Of a stretch of 64,000 nt of DNA, positions 1 to 10,310 are shown piece by piece. The stretch is taken from the NCBI GenBank assembly GCA_963841055.1, contig CAWJAV010000002.1, forward strand, positions 45,045 to 109,044. The letters run 5' to 3'. Each line of letters starts with the position of its first letter. Positions within the stretch are counted from its first letter, which is position 1. A program made the translations under genes and the position numbers. The stretch is from an uncultured Solirubrobacteraceae bacterium (lineage in GTDB: Bacteria > Actinomycetota > Thermoleophilia > Solirubrobacterales > Solirubrobacteraceae). Under the pieces are notes generated by a model that saw only the letters and a program-made list of their open reading frames with translations, did no database searches and was not told the origin of the DNA.

Positions 1-857
1 TGATCGAGGCCCGGGGGGGCGAGCTGGCGGGCGCAGAGCTCCAGGCACAGCTGGGCGAGGACCGCGTCGACGTGACGCTGCCCGGCGCCCCCCCGCAGCC
101 GATCGGCGGCCTGCACGTCCTGTCGGCCACCCGGCGCGAGCTCGAAGACATCTTCCTCGGGCTCGGCTTCACCGTGATGGAGGGCCCGGAGATCGAGACC
201 GTCCACTACAACTTCGACGCCCTCAACCACAGCTCCACTCACCCCGCCCGGGCGCGCACGGACACCTTCTACGTGGCCGAGGACACGGTCCTCCGCACCC
301 ACACCTCGCCGATGCAGGTGCGGGCCATGGAGGCGCACCCGCCGCCTCTTTACATCGTGATCCCCGGTCGCGTCTACCGCCGCGACCTCGACGCCACCCA
401 CACGCCCCAGTTCCATCAGATCGAGGGGCTGGCCGTCGACGAGGACATCACCCTTGCCGACCTGAAGGGCACGTTGCTGCACTTCGCCCGCGCCGTCTTC
501 GGCGACGAGCGCGAGGTGCGCCTGCGCCCGCACCACTTTCCCTTCACCGAGCCCTCGGTCGAGGTCGACGTCTCCTGCTTTCACTGCTCGGGCAAGGGCT
601 TCATGCCCGACGGGTCACGCTGCTACCTCTGCAAGGGCGAGGGCTGGCTGGAGATTCTCGGCGCCGGCGAGGTCGACCCGAACATCTACTCCTACGTCGC
701 CACCACCGAGGCCAACGCCCCGGGATACGACCCCGAGAAGGTGCAGGGCTTCGCCTGGGGGCTCGGCGTGGAGCGGATCGCGATGCTCAAGCACGGCATC
801 CCCGACCTGCGGCTGATGTTCGACAACGACCTCAGGTTCCTGGAGCAGTTCTCGTGA
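1..857 (+). CDS. pheS: Phenylalanyl-tRNA synthetase alpha subunit (5' partial)
   Basis: Motifs NFDALN, HPAR..DTFY, LRTHTSPMQ, HTPQFHQIEG, FPFTEPS, GFAWGLGVERIAMLK; frame is open back to the window start; CxxC...CxxC insert. Confidence 0.97.
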   Translation, partial: IEARGGELAGAELQAQLGEDRVDVTLPGAPPQPIGGLHVLSATRRELEDIFLGLGFTVMEGPEIETVHYNFDALNHSSTHPARARTDTFYVAEDTVLRTHTSPMQVRAMEAHPPPLYIVIPGRVYRRDLDATHTPQFHQIEGLAVDEDITLADLKGTLLHFARAVFGDEREVRLRPHHFPFTEPSVEVDVSCFHCSGKGFMPDGSRCYLCKGEGWLEILGAGEVDPNIYSYVATTEANAPGYDPEKVQGFAWGLGVERIAMLKHGIPDLRLMFDNDLRFLEQFS

Positions 858-873
858 CCGCCGAGGAACAGCC

Positions 874-3333
874 ATGAGGGTGCCGCTTCCCTGGCTGCGC
901 GAATACTGCGACCCCCCGCTCGACGTGAACCGGATCGAGGAGCGGCTGACGATGACCGGGACGAAGGTCGAGGCGATCCATCACCACGGCGCTCCCTCGC
1001 CTGAGAACTTCGTTGTGGGGCACGTGCTGAAGGCTGAGCAGCACCCCGACGCGGACCGGCTCAAGGTCTGCACGGTCGACCTGGGCGAGGAGCAGCCGGC
1101 GACGATCGTCTGCGGCGCGCCGAACGTCGAGGCGGGCCTCACCGTGGCGGTGGCGCGGCCTGGCGCGGTGATGCCCGACGGGACGAAGCTCGGGCGGGCG
1201 AAGCTGCGCGGAGTCGTCTCGGAAGGGATGATCCTCGCCGCCTCCGAGCTCGACCTCGAGCCGGCCGGCGACCGCAGCGCCGGGATCATGGTGCTCGAGG
1301 ACATGACGCTGGATGCCGAGTTCGCGGCGGGGACGCCGCTCGCCGCGGTGCTGCCGATCTCGACCGAGGTGCTGGAGCTCGAGATCACGCCGAACCGGCC
1401 CGACTGCCTCGGCGTCTACGGGGTCGCCCGCGAGCTGCATGCGGCGACGGGCGCTGCGCTCGCGCCCCCGCCCTGGGCGGAGGACCCGGGCAGCGATGGG
1501 CAGCCGGCCGGGGCGAGCGTGCGCGTGGAGTGCGCCGAGCTGTGCCCGCGCTTCACGGCCCGCGTCTTCGAGGACGTCACGATCGCCCCCTCGCCGCCGT
1601 GGCTGACGGCGCGGCTGATGGCCGCCGGGCAGCGCCCGATCAACAACGTCGTCGACATCACCAACTACGCCATGCTGCTGACCGGCCAGCCCCTGCACGC
1701 CTTCGACCTCGACCGCGTCGCCGGGGGCGAGCTGACGGTGCGGCGCGCCCGAGAAGGCGAGCAGCTGGCGACCCTCGACGGGCAGACGCGCACCCTCGAC
1801 GCGGAGATGGTGGTGATCGAGGATGCCGAGGGCCCCACCTCGATCGCCGGCGTGATGGGCGGCGCCCGCTCGGAGGTGCAAGAGGACACACGCCGCGTGC
1901 TGATGGAGGTGGCCACCTGGGACGGCCCCAACATCCACCGCACCTCCTGGTCGCTGGGCCTTCGAAGCGAGGCCTCCGGGCGCTTCGAGAAGGGCCTGCA
2001 GCCCGAGCAGGCCATGCATGCCCAGGCCGTCGCCGCGCAGCTGATGCTCGAGCTCTGCGGGGCGCGGCTCCTCCCGGGCACGATCGACATCGGCGGCGCC
2101 GGGCCGCCGGCCCAGATGCTGCGCCTGCGCGAGCGGCGCGTCGAGGCGATCCTCGGCCTGCCCGTCCCCGTCGAGCGCCAGGCCGAGATCCTGCGCGCGC
2201 TCGACTTCCTCACGGCCCCGGCCGAGGAAGGGCTCGACGTGACCGTGCCGGCGCTCCGACGTGGCGACGTCAGCCGTGAGATCGACCTGATCGAGGAGGT
2301 CGCCCGGATCGACGGGCTCGAGCGCCTCCCGGCGACGCTGCCTGCCCGGCGTGGCGCCGCGGGGCGGCTGACCCACGCACAGCGGGTGCGCCGCGGGGCC
2401 GAGGACGCGATGATCGGCCGCGGCCTGCACGAGGTCGTCGGCTGGAGTTTCGCCGACCCCGGCCTGCTCGACCGCCTCGGGCTGCCGGCCGGACATCCGC
2501 TGCGGGCCGTCGTCACCGTCGAGAACCCCCTGTCGGAGGACCAGGCGACGATGCGCCCGACCCTGCTCGGGTCGCTGCTGGACGCAGCCCGCCACAACCT
2601 CTCGCGCGGAGCCGCCGACGTGGCGATCTTCGAGTCGGGTGCCGTATACCGCTCGCGCGGTGAGGGCGGGGGGGAGACGCCCGCCGAGGAGCACCAGGCG
2701 CTCGGCGCGCTGCTGGCCGGCGGGCTCACGCCGCGCTCGTGGCGCGGCGAGCGGACCGAGGCCGACTTCTTCGCCGCCAAGGCGCTGCTGGCGGCGCTGC
2801 TCGACCACTTCCGGGTGGCTTGGGACGTGCGCCCCGCCGAGCCCGGCCGCTGGCCGTTTCTGCACCCTGGCCGCAGTGCAGAGGTGCTGGTCGAACCCGG
2901 CGGCGCAGAGGCGCTGACGCTGGGCTTCCTCGGCGAGGTCCACCCGGCCGTGGCCGAGCGCTGGGACCTGCCCCGCACAGCCGTCTTCGCCGTGGACCTC
3001 GGCAAGCTCGCCGCGGCGGCGCCCGAGGTCACGACCTTCCGGCCCTTCGGTGCCTTCCCCGTGCTGCGCCAGGACATCGCCGTGACACTGCCCGTGTCGG
3101 TTGCCGCCCGCGAGGTGCTCGAGGCCGTCCGCGCAGCCGCCGGCGAGTCGCTCGGTGAGGCTGAGATCTTCGACGTGTACACGGGCGAGCAGGTCGGCGA
3201 GGGCCGCCGCTCGCTGGCTCTGGCGCTGAGCTTCCGCTCGCTCGAGGGCACGCTCACCGACGAGGACGTGGCGCCGGCGAGGGAGCGGATCGTCGCGGCG
3301 CTGCAGCGGCTCGGAGGGGAGCTGCGTGGCTGA
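874..3333 (+). CDS. pheT: Phenylalanyl-tRNA synthetase beta subunit
   Basis: 819 aa; HPDADRL, IVCGAPNV, ITPNRPDCLG, DLIEEVARI, C-terminal FDX-ACB domain; follows pheS. Confidence 0.97.
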   Translation: MRVPLPWLREYCDPPLDVNRIEERLTMTGTKVEAIHHHGAPSPENFVVGHVLKAEQHPDADRLKVCTVDLGEEQPATIVCGAPNVEAGLTVAVARPGAVMPDGTKLGRAKLRGVVSEGMILAASELDLEPAGDRSAGIMVLEDMTLDAEFAAGTPLAAVLPISTEVLELEITPNRPDCLGVYGVARELHAATGAALAPPPWAEDPGSDGQPAGASVRVECAELCPRFTARVFEDVTIAPSPPWLTARLMAAGQRPINNVVDITNYAMLLTGQPLHAFDLDRVAGGELTVRRAREGEQLATLDGQTRTLDAEMVVIEDAEGPTSIAGVMGGARSEVQEDTRRVLMEVATWDGPNIHRTSWSLGLRSEASGRFEKGLQPEQAMHAQAVAAQLMLELCGARLLPGTIDIGGAGPPAQMLRLRERRVEAILGLPVPVERQAEILRALDFLTAPAEEGLDVTVPALRRGDVSREIDLIEEVARIDGLERLPATLPARRGAAGRLTHAQRVRRGAEDAMIGRGLHEVVGWSFADPGLLDRLGLPAGHPLRAVVTVENPLSEDQATMRPTLLGSLLDAARHNLSRGAADVAIFESGAVYRSRGEGGGETPAEEHQALGALLAGGLTPRSWRGERTEADFFAAKALLAALLDHFRVAWDVRPAEPGRWPFLHPGRSAEVLVEPGGAEALTLGFLGEVHPAVAERWDLPRTAVFAVDLGKLAAAAPEVTTFRPFGAFPVLRQDIAVTLPVSVAAREVLEAVRAAAGESLGEAEIFDVYTGEQVGEGRRSLALALSFRSLEGTLTDEDVAPARERIVAALQRLGGELRG

Positions 3334-4366
3334 AGGCGGCTCTCAGCCGGGCGCGGGGTGTAGGCGCGTGATCGTCGCCGGGGCGACCGGGTTCGCCGGG
3401 GCGCTGGCTGCCCAGCTCTTGTGGCGTCACCCCGACTTCGAGCTCGTCGCGGTGACGGGACGCTCGGAGACCGGACGCCCGCTGCAGGAGCTCTACCCCC
3501 GCTACCGCGTGCCGCTCGTGATCGAGGAGCTCGATCACGTGGCGCTCGAGGGGATCGACGCCGCTGTCGTCGCATACCCGCACGCCGCCGCTGCGCCGAC
3601 CGTCGGCGCGCTGCTCGAGGCGGGCGTGCGCGTCATCGACCTCAGCGCGGACTTCCGCCTCGCATCCCTCGAGACCTACGAGCGCTGGTACGGCGGCCCT
3701 CATCCCCGGCCCGAGCTGATCGCGCGGGCCGCCTACGGGCTCACCGAGCTCCACCGCGAGGCGATCGCCGGGGCCGAGATCGTGGCCAACCCGGGCTGCT
3801 ACCCGACGGCCACCCTGCTCGCGCTGGCCCCGCTGGCCCGGGCCGGGCTGATCGACGACGTGGTCGTCGACGCCAAGCAGGGCATCTCCGGGGCCGGGCG
3901 GGCCTTCGACGAGCAGACACACCTGTCGATGGCGGGCGAGAACATCCTTCCCTACAAGGTCGCTGCGCACCGGCACACACCCGAGATCGAGGAGCAGCTG
4001 CACCGGCTCGATCCCACCCGTCCGGACCTGAGAGTGCAGTTCCAGGCCTCGCTGGTGCCGCTCGACCAGGGCGAGATGGCAAGCTGCTACGTGACCCCGA
4101 GCCGGCCCGTCGGCGAGGAGGAGCTGCGTGAGCTGTTCGCCGACGCCTACGCGGGCGAGCCGTTCGTCGAGGTCGCGGACACGGTCCCGGGAACCCGGGA
4201 GGTGCTCGCCACCAACTTCTGCCGCCTGTTCGCGGCCGCCGACGGCCACACCGGCAAGGTGCTGGTCTTCGCCGCGATCGACAACCTCTGGAAGGGCACC
4301 TCCTCGCAGGCTCTCCAGAACCTCAACGTGATGTTCGGCCTGCCCGAGACCCGGGGGCTGGCGTGA
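3326..4366 (+). CDS. argC: N-acetyl-gamma-glutamyl-phosphate reductase
   Basis: GATGFAG, IDLSADFRL, ANPGCYPT, HRHTPEI, IDNLWKG. Confidence 0.96.
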   Translation: MAEGGSQPGAGCRRVIVAGATGFAGALAAQLLWRHPDFELVAVTGRSETGRPLQELYPRYRVPLVIEELDHVALEGIDAAVVAYPHAAAAPTVGALLEAGVRVIDLSADFRLASLETYERWYGGPHPRPELIARAAYGLTELHREAIAGAEIVANPGCYPTATLLALAPLARAGLIDDVVVDAKQGISGAGRAFDEQTHLSMAGENILPYKVAAHRHTPEIEEQLHRLDPTRPDLRVQFQASLVPLDQGEMASCYVTPSRPVGEEELRELFADAYAGEPFVEVADTVPGTREVLATNFCRLFAAADGHTGKVLVFAAIDNLWKGTSSQALQNLNVMFGLPETRGLA

Positions 4367-5613
4367 GTCCGCAGCCGTTCTTCCGCTCGCGCTGGGTCCC
4401 GGCACCCGGGCACGTGACCGAGCTGCCGGGGGACTCGGGCCTGCCGGGCGGGTTCCGGGCAGCCGGAGTCGCCGCTCAGATCAAGCCGAGCGGGCGGACC
4501 GACGTCGGGCTGCTCGTCAACGACGGTGCCGAGCCGGTCAGCGCCGCGCGCTTCACCTCCTCGGGCGCCGCCGCCGCACCCGTGCTGCTCAGCCAGGAGC
4601 GCTGCCGGCTCGGGGCGCTGCGCGCCGTGCTCGTCAACTCGGGCTGCGCGAATGCGGCAACCGGCCGCCGCGGGCTGGACGACGCCGCCAAGACGCAGGG
4701 CGCCGCCGCGCTGGCCGCGGGCGTTGACCCCGCCGAGGTCGCGCTCGCCTCGACCGGCGGCATCAGCCAGTTCCTGCCCGTCGAGAGGCTGCTGAAGGGG
4801 ATCCTGGCCGCCCGCGAGCGCCTCGCCCAGACGGGAGACGCCGACTTCCAGGCCGCGATCCAGACGACGGACGCCTTCGAGAAGCGCGCCAACCTCGCCG
4901 TCGAGCTGCCTTCGGGAACCGTGCGCCTGTGCGCGCAATGCAAGGGCGCCGGGATGATCTCGCCGAACTTCGCGACGATGCTGTGCTTCGTCGAGACGGA
5001 CGCAGTGCTGCCCGCCGAGACCGCCGACCTGCTGCTCGGCGTGTGCGTGAGGCGCTCCTTCGACCGCGCGTCGGTCGACGGGCAACTCTCGACGAACGAC
5101 ACCGCGATCCTGATGGCCTCGGGCGCCTCCGGTGTGACCGTCGAGCCGGAGAGCGAGGAGGAGCTGCGCTTCGGCGAGGCGCTCGATGCGCTTCTGCGCC
5201 AGCTGGCCGTGATGATGGTCGTCGACGGCGAGGGCGCCGGACGGGCCGCCCGGGTCGTCGTCCGGGGCGGGCACCAGCCGAGCGTCGAGGCGGCCGCCCG
5301 GGCTGTGGCAAACTCGCCCCTCGTCAAGGCGGCCCTGCACGGCGGCGACCCGAACTGGGGCCGGATCGTGCAGGCGGTGGGCGGGGTGCTCACGGGCACG
5401 GCGCCGCTCGCGATCGATGTGACGATCGAGGGTATGCAGGTCTGCTCGGCCGGCGCCGCGATCCCCTACGACGAGCCCGAGCTCGACCGGCTCGTGCAGC
5501 GGGATGAGGTCGAGTACGAGGTCGGCCTGCCGGGCGAGGGCGCCGAGACCGAGGTGTTCTTCTCGGACCTCTCCAAGGAGTACGTGACCGTCAATGCCGA
5601 CTACACCACCTAA
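4363..5613 (+). CDS. argJ: Ornithine acetyltransferase / N-acetylglutamate synthase
   Basis: NSGCANAATG, KGAGMISPNFATML, STNDT, DPNWGRI, VNADYTT. Confidence 0.96.
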   Translation: MSPQPFFRSRWVPAPGHVTELPGDSGLPGGFRAAGVAAQIKPSGRTDVGLLVNDGAEPVSAARFTSSGAAAAPVLLSQERCRLGALRAVLVNSGCANAATGRRGLDDAAKTQGAAALAAGVDPAEVALASTGGISQFLPVERLLKGILAARERLAQTGDADFQAAIQTTDAFEKRANLAVELPSGTVRLCAQCKGAGMISPNFATMLCFVETDAVLPAETADLLLGVCVRRSFDRASVDGQLSTNDTAILMASGASGVTVEPESEEELRFGEALDALLRQLAVMMVVDGEGAGRAARVVVRGGHQPSVEAAARAVANSPLVKAALHGGDPNWGRIVQAVGGVLTGTAPLAIDVTIEGMQVCSAGAAIPYDEPELDRLVQRDEVEYEVGLPGEGAETEVFFSDLSKEYVTVNADYTT

Positions 5614-5622
5614 GGGGCACCG

Positions 5623-6471
5623 ATGCGAGACGTAGGCACCCTGCTCGAGGCGCTCCCCTACATACGGGAGTTCCACGGCAAGACGGTCGTCATCAAGTAC
5701 GGCGGCGCCGCGATGGAGGACGCGGCTCTGCGCGAGGAGTTCGCCCGGGACGTGGTGCTGCTCAAGTACGTCGGGCTGAACCCGATCGTGGTGCACGGCG
5801 GCGGCCCGGAGATCACCGCCCACATGGAGCGGCTGGGCCTGCCCGTCGAGTTCGTGGGCGGCCTGCGCGTCTCCAGCGAGGAGACCGTCGAGGTCGCGAA
5901 GATGGTGCTCGTCGGCAAGGTCAACAAGGAGATCGTGCTGCGCCTGCAGCGCCACGGGCAGCCCTCGGTGGGGCTCTGCGGCGATGACGGCTCGCTGTTT
6001 CGCGTCGCCCGCCGCGCCGCACCCGGGGGCGAGGACATCGGTTTCGTGGGCCGCATCGAGCGCGTCAACGTGGGTGTGATCGAGCACATCGCCAGCGACT
6101 ACATCCCGGTGATCGCCTCGGTCGGGGCGGACCGCGACGGGCACTCCTACAACGTCAACGCCGACGAGGCGGCGGGCGCCGTCGCCGGTGCCCTCGGCGC
6201 CTACAAGGTTGTGTTCCTGACCGACGTGCCCGGCTGGCTCGCGGACCCCGCCGATCCCGCCAGCCTCATCTCCCAGGCCGACGCCGATCAGGTCCGGAAG
6301 GCCTTGGCCTCGCTCGAGGGCGGCATGCGCCCCAAGCTCGAGGCGTGCCTGGAGTCGATCGACGCCGGCGTCAGCGCGGCCCACATCCTGGACGGGCGCA
6401 CCCCGCACTCGCTGCTGCTCGAGCTGTTCACGGACGCCGGCATCGGCACCAAGATCGAGGAAGCATCGTGA
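5623..6471 (+). CDS. argB: Acetylglutamate kinase
   Basis: VIKYGGAAM, VHGGGPEI, NVNAD, GGMRPK, LLLELFTDAGIGT. Confidence 0.97.
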   Translation: MRDVGTLLEALPYIREFHGKTVVIKYGGAAMEDAALREEFARDVVLLKYVGLNPIVVHGGGPEITAHMERLGLPVEFVGGLRVSSEETVEVAKMVLVGKVNKEIVLRLQRHGQPSVGLCGDDGSLFRVARRAAPGGEDIGFVGRIERVNVGVIEHIASDYIPVIASVGADRDGHSYNVNADEAAGAVAGALGAYKVVFLTDVPGWLADPADPASLISQADADQVRKALASLEGGMRPKLEACLESIDAGVSAAHILDGRTPHSLLLELFTDAGIGTKIEEAS

Positions 6472-7628
6472 CCCTGGCCGAGCTGCAGCGGATCGAGTCC
6501 GAGCGGGTGATCGGCTCCTACGCGCGCCTGCCGGTCGAGTTCGTGCGCGGCCGGGGGGCGCTGCTGTGGGACGAGGAGGGCAACGAGTACCTCGACTTCC
6601 TCTGCGGCATCTCGGTCACCAGCCTCGGCCACTGCCACCCGGCGATCGTGGCCGCGATCCGCGAGCAGTCGGGGCGGCTGATGCACACCTCGAACCTGTT
6701 CTACACCGAGCCCGCGATGCGCCTCGCCGAGCGCCTTTCGGCGAGCAGCCTGGGGGGCAAGGTGTTCTTCTGCAACTCCGGTACGGAGGCCAACGAGGCG
6801 GCCCTCAAGCTCGCCCGCAAGGCCCGGCGTGGCGGCGACATCATCGTCGTCGAGGGCGCCTTCCACGGCCGCACCTACGGCTCGCTGTCGGCGACGCCGC
6901 AGGAGTCCAAGCAGGCCCCCTTCGCGCCGCTCGTGCCGGGCTTCCGGGCCGTGGCGCCGGAGCCGGAGGCGCTACGGGCCGCCGTGGACGGACGCACGGC
7001 GGCGGTCCTGCTCGAGCCGATCCAGGGCGAGTCGGGCGTGCACGTGCTCTCCGACGAGCTGCTGCTCGCCGCCCGCGAGGCCTGCGACGAGCAGGGGGCG
7101 GCGCTGATCTTCGACGAGATCCAGACGGGGATGGGTCGCACGGGCACGCTGTGGGCCTACCAGCGCAGCGGCGTGGTGCCCGACGCCATGACCGTCGCCA
7201 AGGCGCTCGGCGGCGGCGTGCCGATCGGGGCGCTGATCACGGGCCCGCGGCTGGCCGACGTGTTCGCTCCCGGCGATCACGGCTCGACCTTCGCCGGCGG
7301 CCCGCTCGTCGCCAGCGCCGCCCTCGCCGCGCTCGAGCTGACCGCCGACCCGGCGCTGCTGCGCCGCGTCGATGAGCTCGGCGCCGAGCTGCGGGAGTCG
7401 CTTGAAGGGTTGCCGCACGTCACGGAGGTGCGTGGGCGGGGCCTGATGCTCGCCTGCCGTCTGGACGTGGCGGCCCCCGAGGTCGTGGCCCGGGCGCTGC
7501 GAGAGCAGCGGCTCGTGCTCAATGCGACGGGGCCGGACACGCTGCGTCTGCTGCCGCCGCTCACGATCGAGGATGAGCAGGCACGCGAGGGCGTGGCGCG
7601 TCTGGAGGGAGCGCTGGGAGGGCGATGA
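6468..7628 (+). CDS. argD: Acetylornithine aminotransferase
   Basis: GTG start overlapping the argB stop; YLDFLCGI, FFCNSGTEANE, FHGRT, DEIQTGMGRTG, AKALGGG. Confidence 0.94.
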   Translation: MTLAELQRIESERVIGSYARLPVEFVRGRGALLWDEEGNEYLDFLCGISVTSLGHCHPAIVAAIREQSGRLMHTSNLFYTEPAMRLAERLSASSLGGKVFFCNSGTEANEAALKLARKARRGGDIIVVEGAFHGRTYGSLSATPQESKQAPFAPLVPGFRAVAPEPEALRAAVDGRTAAVLLEPIQGESGVHVLSDELLLAAREACDEQGAALIFDEIQTGMGRTGTLWAYQRSGVVPDAMTVAKALGGGVPIGALITGPRLADVFAPGDHGSTFAGGPLVASAALAALELTADPALLRRVDELGAELRESLEGLPHVTEVRGRGLMLACRLDVAAPEVVARALREQRLVLNATGPDTLRLLPPLTIEDEQAREGVARLEGALGGR

Positions 7629-8089
7629 TGAGGCTCCTGCCGGGCGGCTATGAGCTCGACGACGATCCGGCCCGGCTCGACGTGGAGGCGATCCACCACT
7701 TCATCAGCGTGATCTCCTATTGGGGCCGCGGCCGCACCCGCGAGCGGGTGGTGGCGACGATCGAGGGCTCCCAGCGGGTCGTGGGGCTGTACCACGGCGC
7801 CGACCAGGTCGGCTTCGCCCGGGGCATCTCCGACGGCGTCACCGTCGCCTACCTCGCGGACGTGTACGTGCTCGAGGGCCATCGCGGCCGCGGGCTCGGG
7901 TTGGAGCTGGTGCGGGAGATCCTCGAAGGCGAGGGCGCGCCCGACGTCCACTGGCTGCTGCACACCGCCGATGCGGAGGGGCTCTACGAACGCCTCGGCT
8001 TCCGGCGTGGGCCGACCCGCTACCCGCTGATGGAACGCTCCCGGGTGGGCGGGGACGGGGTCGAAGCGCCCGTGCACGGCGCCGGATAG
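7625..8089 (+). CDS. GNAT family N-acetyltransferase
   Basis: VGFAR..DG...YLADVYVLEGHRGRGLG acetyl-CoA motif A, LYERLGF. Confidence 0.88.
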   Translation: MMRLLPGGYELDDDPARLDVEAIHHFISVISYWGRGRTRERVVATIEGSQRVVGLYHGADQVGFARGISDGVTVAYLADVYVLEGHRGRGLGLELVREILEGEGAPDVHWLLHTADAEGLYERLGFRRGPTRYPLMERSRVGGDGVEAPVHGAG

Positions 8090-8100
8090 ATTGGGCCGGC

Positions 8101-9381
8101 GTGAGCAGCCCCGAGCCGATCCAGCACGCCCGTACCGCCTCCTATGAGGCGGACCCCGCGCAGGTCCACCGCGTCCTGCTCCTCTACTCGGGTGGTCTCG
8201 ACACGAGCGTGATGCTGAAGTGGATCCAGGACTCCTATGGGGCGGAGGTCGTATGCCTGACCGTCAACCTCGGCCAGCCCGGCGAGGACTACGAGGTGGT
8301 CGAGGGCAAGGCGAGGATGCTCGGCGCGCTCGAGACGCACGTCGTCGACGCGCGCGAGGAGTTCGCCCGGGAGTATCTCCTGCCGGCGATCAAGGCCAAC
8401 GCGGTCTACGGCGACGGCTACCCGCTGTTCACCTCGCTCGGCCGGCCGCTGATCGCCAAGCTCGCCGTCGAGCGGGCGCGCGCGAGCGGCTGTGACACGA
8501 TCGCCCACGGCTGCACGGGCAAGGGCAACGACCAGGTGCGGATCGAGGCGACGATCGCGACGCTCGCGCCGGAGCTGAAGGTGATCGCCCCGGTGCGCTC
8601 CTGGCAGATGGGACGCGAGGAGGAGATCGCCTACGCCCGCGAGCACGGCATCCCCGTCAAGGGCGGGACCGAGGTCGCTCCCTACTCGATCGACGACAAC
8701 CTCTGGGGTCGCTCCTCGGAGGGGCGGTGGATCGAGGACCTCGGCCACGCCCCCGACGACGACGTGTTCCAGCTCGTGACCCGTCCCGAGGAGGCCCCCG
8801 AGGAGGCCGAGACGATCGAGCTGACCTTCGAGCGCGGGGTCCCGGTGTCGCTGAACGGGCGGGGGCTGGGCCTCGTCGAGCTGATCGAAGCGACCGCCGA
8901 GATCGCGGGGCGCCACGGCGTGGGCATCCTCGACCACATCGAGGACCGGATCGTCGGGCTGAAGGTGCGGGACATCTACGAGGCGCCGGCCGCGACCGTG
9001 ATCCTCGCCGCCCACCGGGAGCTCGAGCGGCTCGTCTGCACGATCCACCAGAACCAGTTCAAGGGCGATCTGGACCGGCAGTGGGCCTACCTCGTCTATG
9101 CGGGGCTGTGGTGGGAGCCGCTGCGGGAGGATCTGGACGCGTACATGGATCACGTCAACGAGCACGTCACGGGCACGATCGGTCTGAAGCTCTACAAGGG
9201 CCACGTCCGCGTCGTCACCCGCGCGTCCCCCAAGGCCGTCTATGACGCTTCGCTGGCCTCCTTCTCGGAGTCCGGTGGCCTGTTCGCCCAGACCGCCTCG
9301 CCGGGCTTCATCGAGCTGTTCTCGCTGCAGTCGCGGCTGGCCTGGCGGCTGCACAACGAGCATTCGGCCGGGGGGGACTGA
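8101..9381 (+). CDS. argG: Argininosuccinate synthase
   Basis: LYSGGLDTS, AHGCTGKGNDQVR, YSIDDNLWGRS, IEDRIVGLKVRDIYE; GTG start 8 nt after TAGATT. Confidence 0.96.
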   Translation: MSSPEPIQHARTASYEADPAQVHRVLLLYSGGLDTSVMLKWIQDSYGAEVVCLTVNLGQPGEDYEVVEGKARMLGALETHVVDAREEFAREYLLPAIKANAVYGDGYPLFTSLGRPLIAKLAVERARASGCDTIAHGCTGKGNDQVRIEATIATLAPELKVIAPVRSWQMGREEEIAYAREHGIPVKGGTEVAPYSIDDNLWGRSSEGRWIEDLGHAPDDDVFQLVTRPEEAPEEAETIELTFERGVPVSLNGRGLGLVELIEATAEIAGRHGVGILDHIEDRIVGLKVRDIYEAPAATVILAAHRELERLVCTIHQNQFKGDLDRQWAYLVYAGLWWEPLREDLDAYMDHVNEHVTGTIGLKLYKGHVRVVTRASPKAVYDASLASFSESGGLFAQTASPGFIELFSLQSRLAWRLHNEHSAGGD

Positions 9382-9385
9382 GCGC

Positions 9386-9613
9386 GTGGGCGCGTTCCGG
9401 CAGAGAGCGGTGCACTTCGCGATGTGGAACGGCGGCCGCTGGTACCTGCGCCGGCGGGTCGCTGTGCGCAGACGCGTGGCGGCGCGCAAGCGGGCCGCCG
9501 CACGCAGGCGCGCGGCCCTGCGGCGGGTGCTGCTGAAGGGCACCATCGTGGCCGGCTTGCTGACCGCCGGGCTGGCCGGCGCGGCGCTGCTCGCAAGGCG
9601 GCGCGCCCGCTAG
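9386..9613 (+). CDS. Small Arg-rich protein with C-terminal hydrophobic helix
   Basis: 75 aa ORF filling the gap between argG and the convergent gene; WNGGRWYLRRR then a TM-like segment. Confidence 0.5.
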   Translation: MGAFRQRAVHFAMWNGGRWYLRRRVAVRRRVAARKRAAARRRAALRRVLLKGTIVAGLLTAGLAGAALLARRRAR

Positions 9614-10233
9614 AGCGGGCTGAGCATCACGATGCCCTCGGTGCGGATCGTCCGGCGCTCCTCGGCGCCGAGCCCCGCCGCGAACTCGTCGAGCTTGCGC
9701 CGCGGGCCGGTCACGGTGAACGCCACCTGCACGCTCAGCAGGTGGGGATGCTCCACGATCTCGCAGCGCAGCCCGAGCTTGTCCGCCCAGGCGCGCATCG
9801 ACTGCTCGAACTCCTCGCGGATCATTTTGCCGACGGACACGACGAGCGTTCGCGACTCCGGCTCGCCGGAGGCCGCGGCGGAGGTGGAGGCCTCCGGCTG
9901 GACGGGAGCGTCCGGGTCGACCCATTCGTCGACCTCGGGCGAGAAATGGCTCAGGGTGAGCTTCGCCTCCAGGCCGTCACGGGCCAGCAGCGACTCGATC
10001 GTCGCTCGCGCGTCCTCGATCGCGCGCCGGCCGAAGGCGTACGCGAACAGGCGGTTGCCGTCGTGGGTGATGACGACGTCCTCCGCCACCGCGGAGCGGA
10101 TCTCGCCGAGCACGGCCGGATCGCGCACGCGCTCGACGAAGGAGTGCAGTAGGCGGCGGTCCGGCTGTTGGGAGAGCTCGCCGGTCAGGCGCCAGTCGCG
10201 GTCGTCGTCCTCGGGGGCTTCGGAGGCGTTCAT
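9610..10233 (-). CDS. Hypothetical protein
   Basis: 207 aa with protein-like composition; TATGGT box 8 nt before the ATG. Confidence 0.75.
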   Translation of the reverse strand: MNASEAPEDDDRDWRLTGELSQQPDRRLLHSFVERVRDPAVLGEIRSAVAEDVVITHDGNRLFAYAFGRRAIEDARATIESLLARDGLEAKLTLSHFSPEVDEWVDPDAPVQPEASTSAAASGEPESRTLVVSVGKMIREEFEQSMRAWADKLGLRCEIVEHPHLLSVQVAFTVTGPRRKLDEFAAGLGAEERRTIRTEGIVMLSPL

Positions 10234-10310
10234 CGCCCGCCACCATAGAGAACCCGGGCCGCCTCTGCCCGTGGCGCTGGCCGTCCGGGCCTGGGACTAG
10301 TTTCCACGCG

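Noticed and set aside
574-640. Zinc-finger insert in PheS as a novelty
   Set aside because: CxxC...CxxC inserts at this position are known in many Gram-positive PheS proteins.
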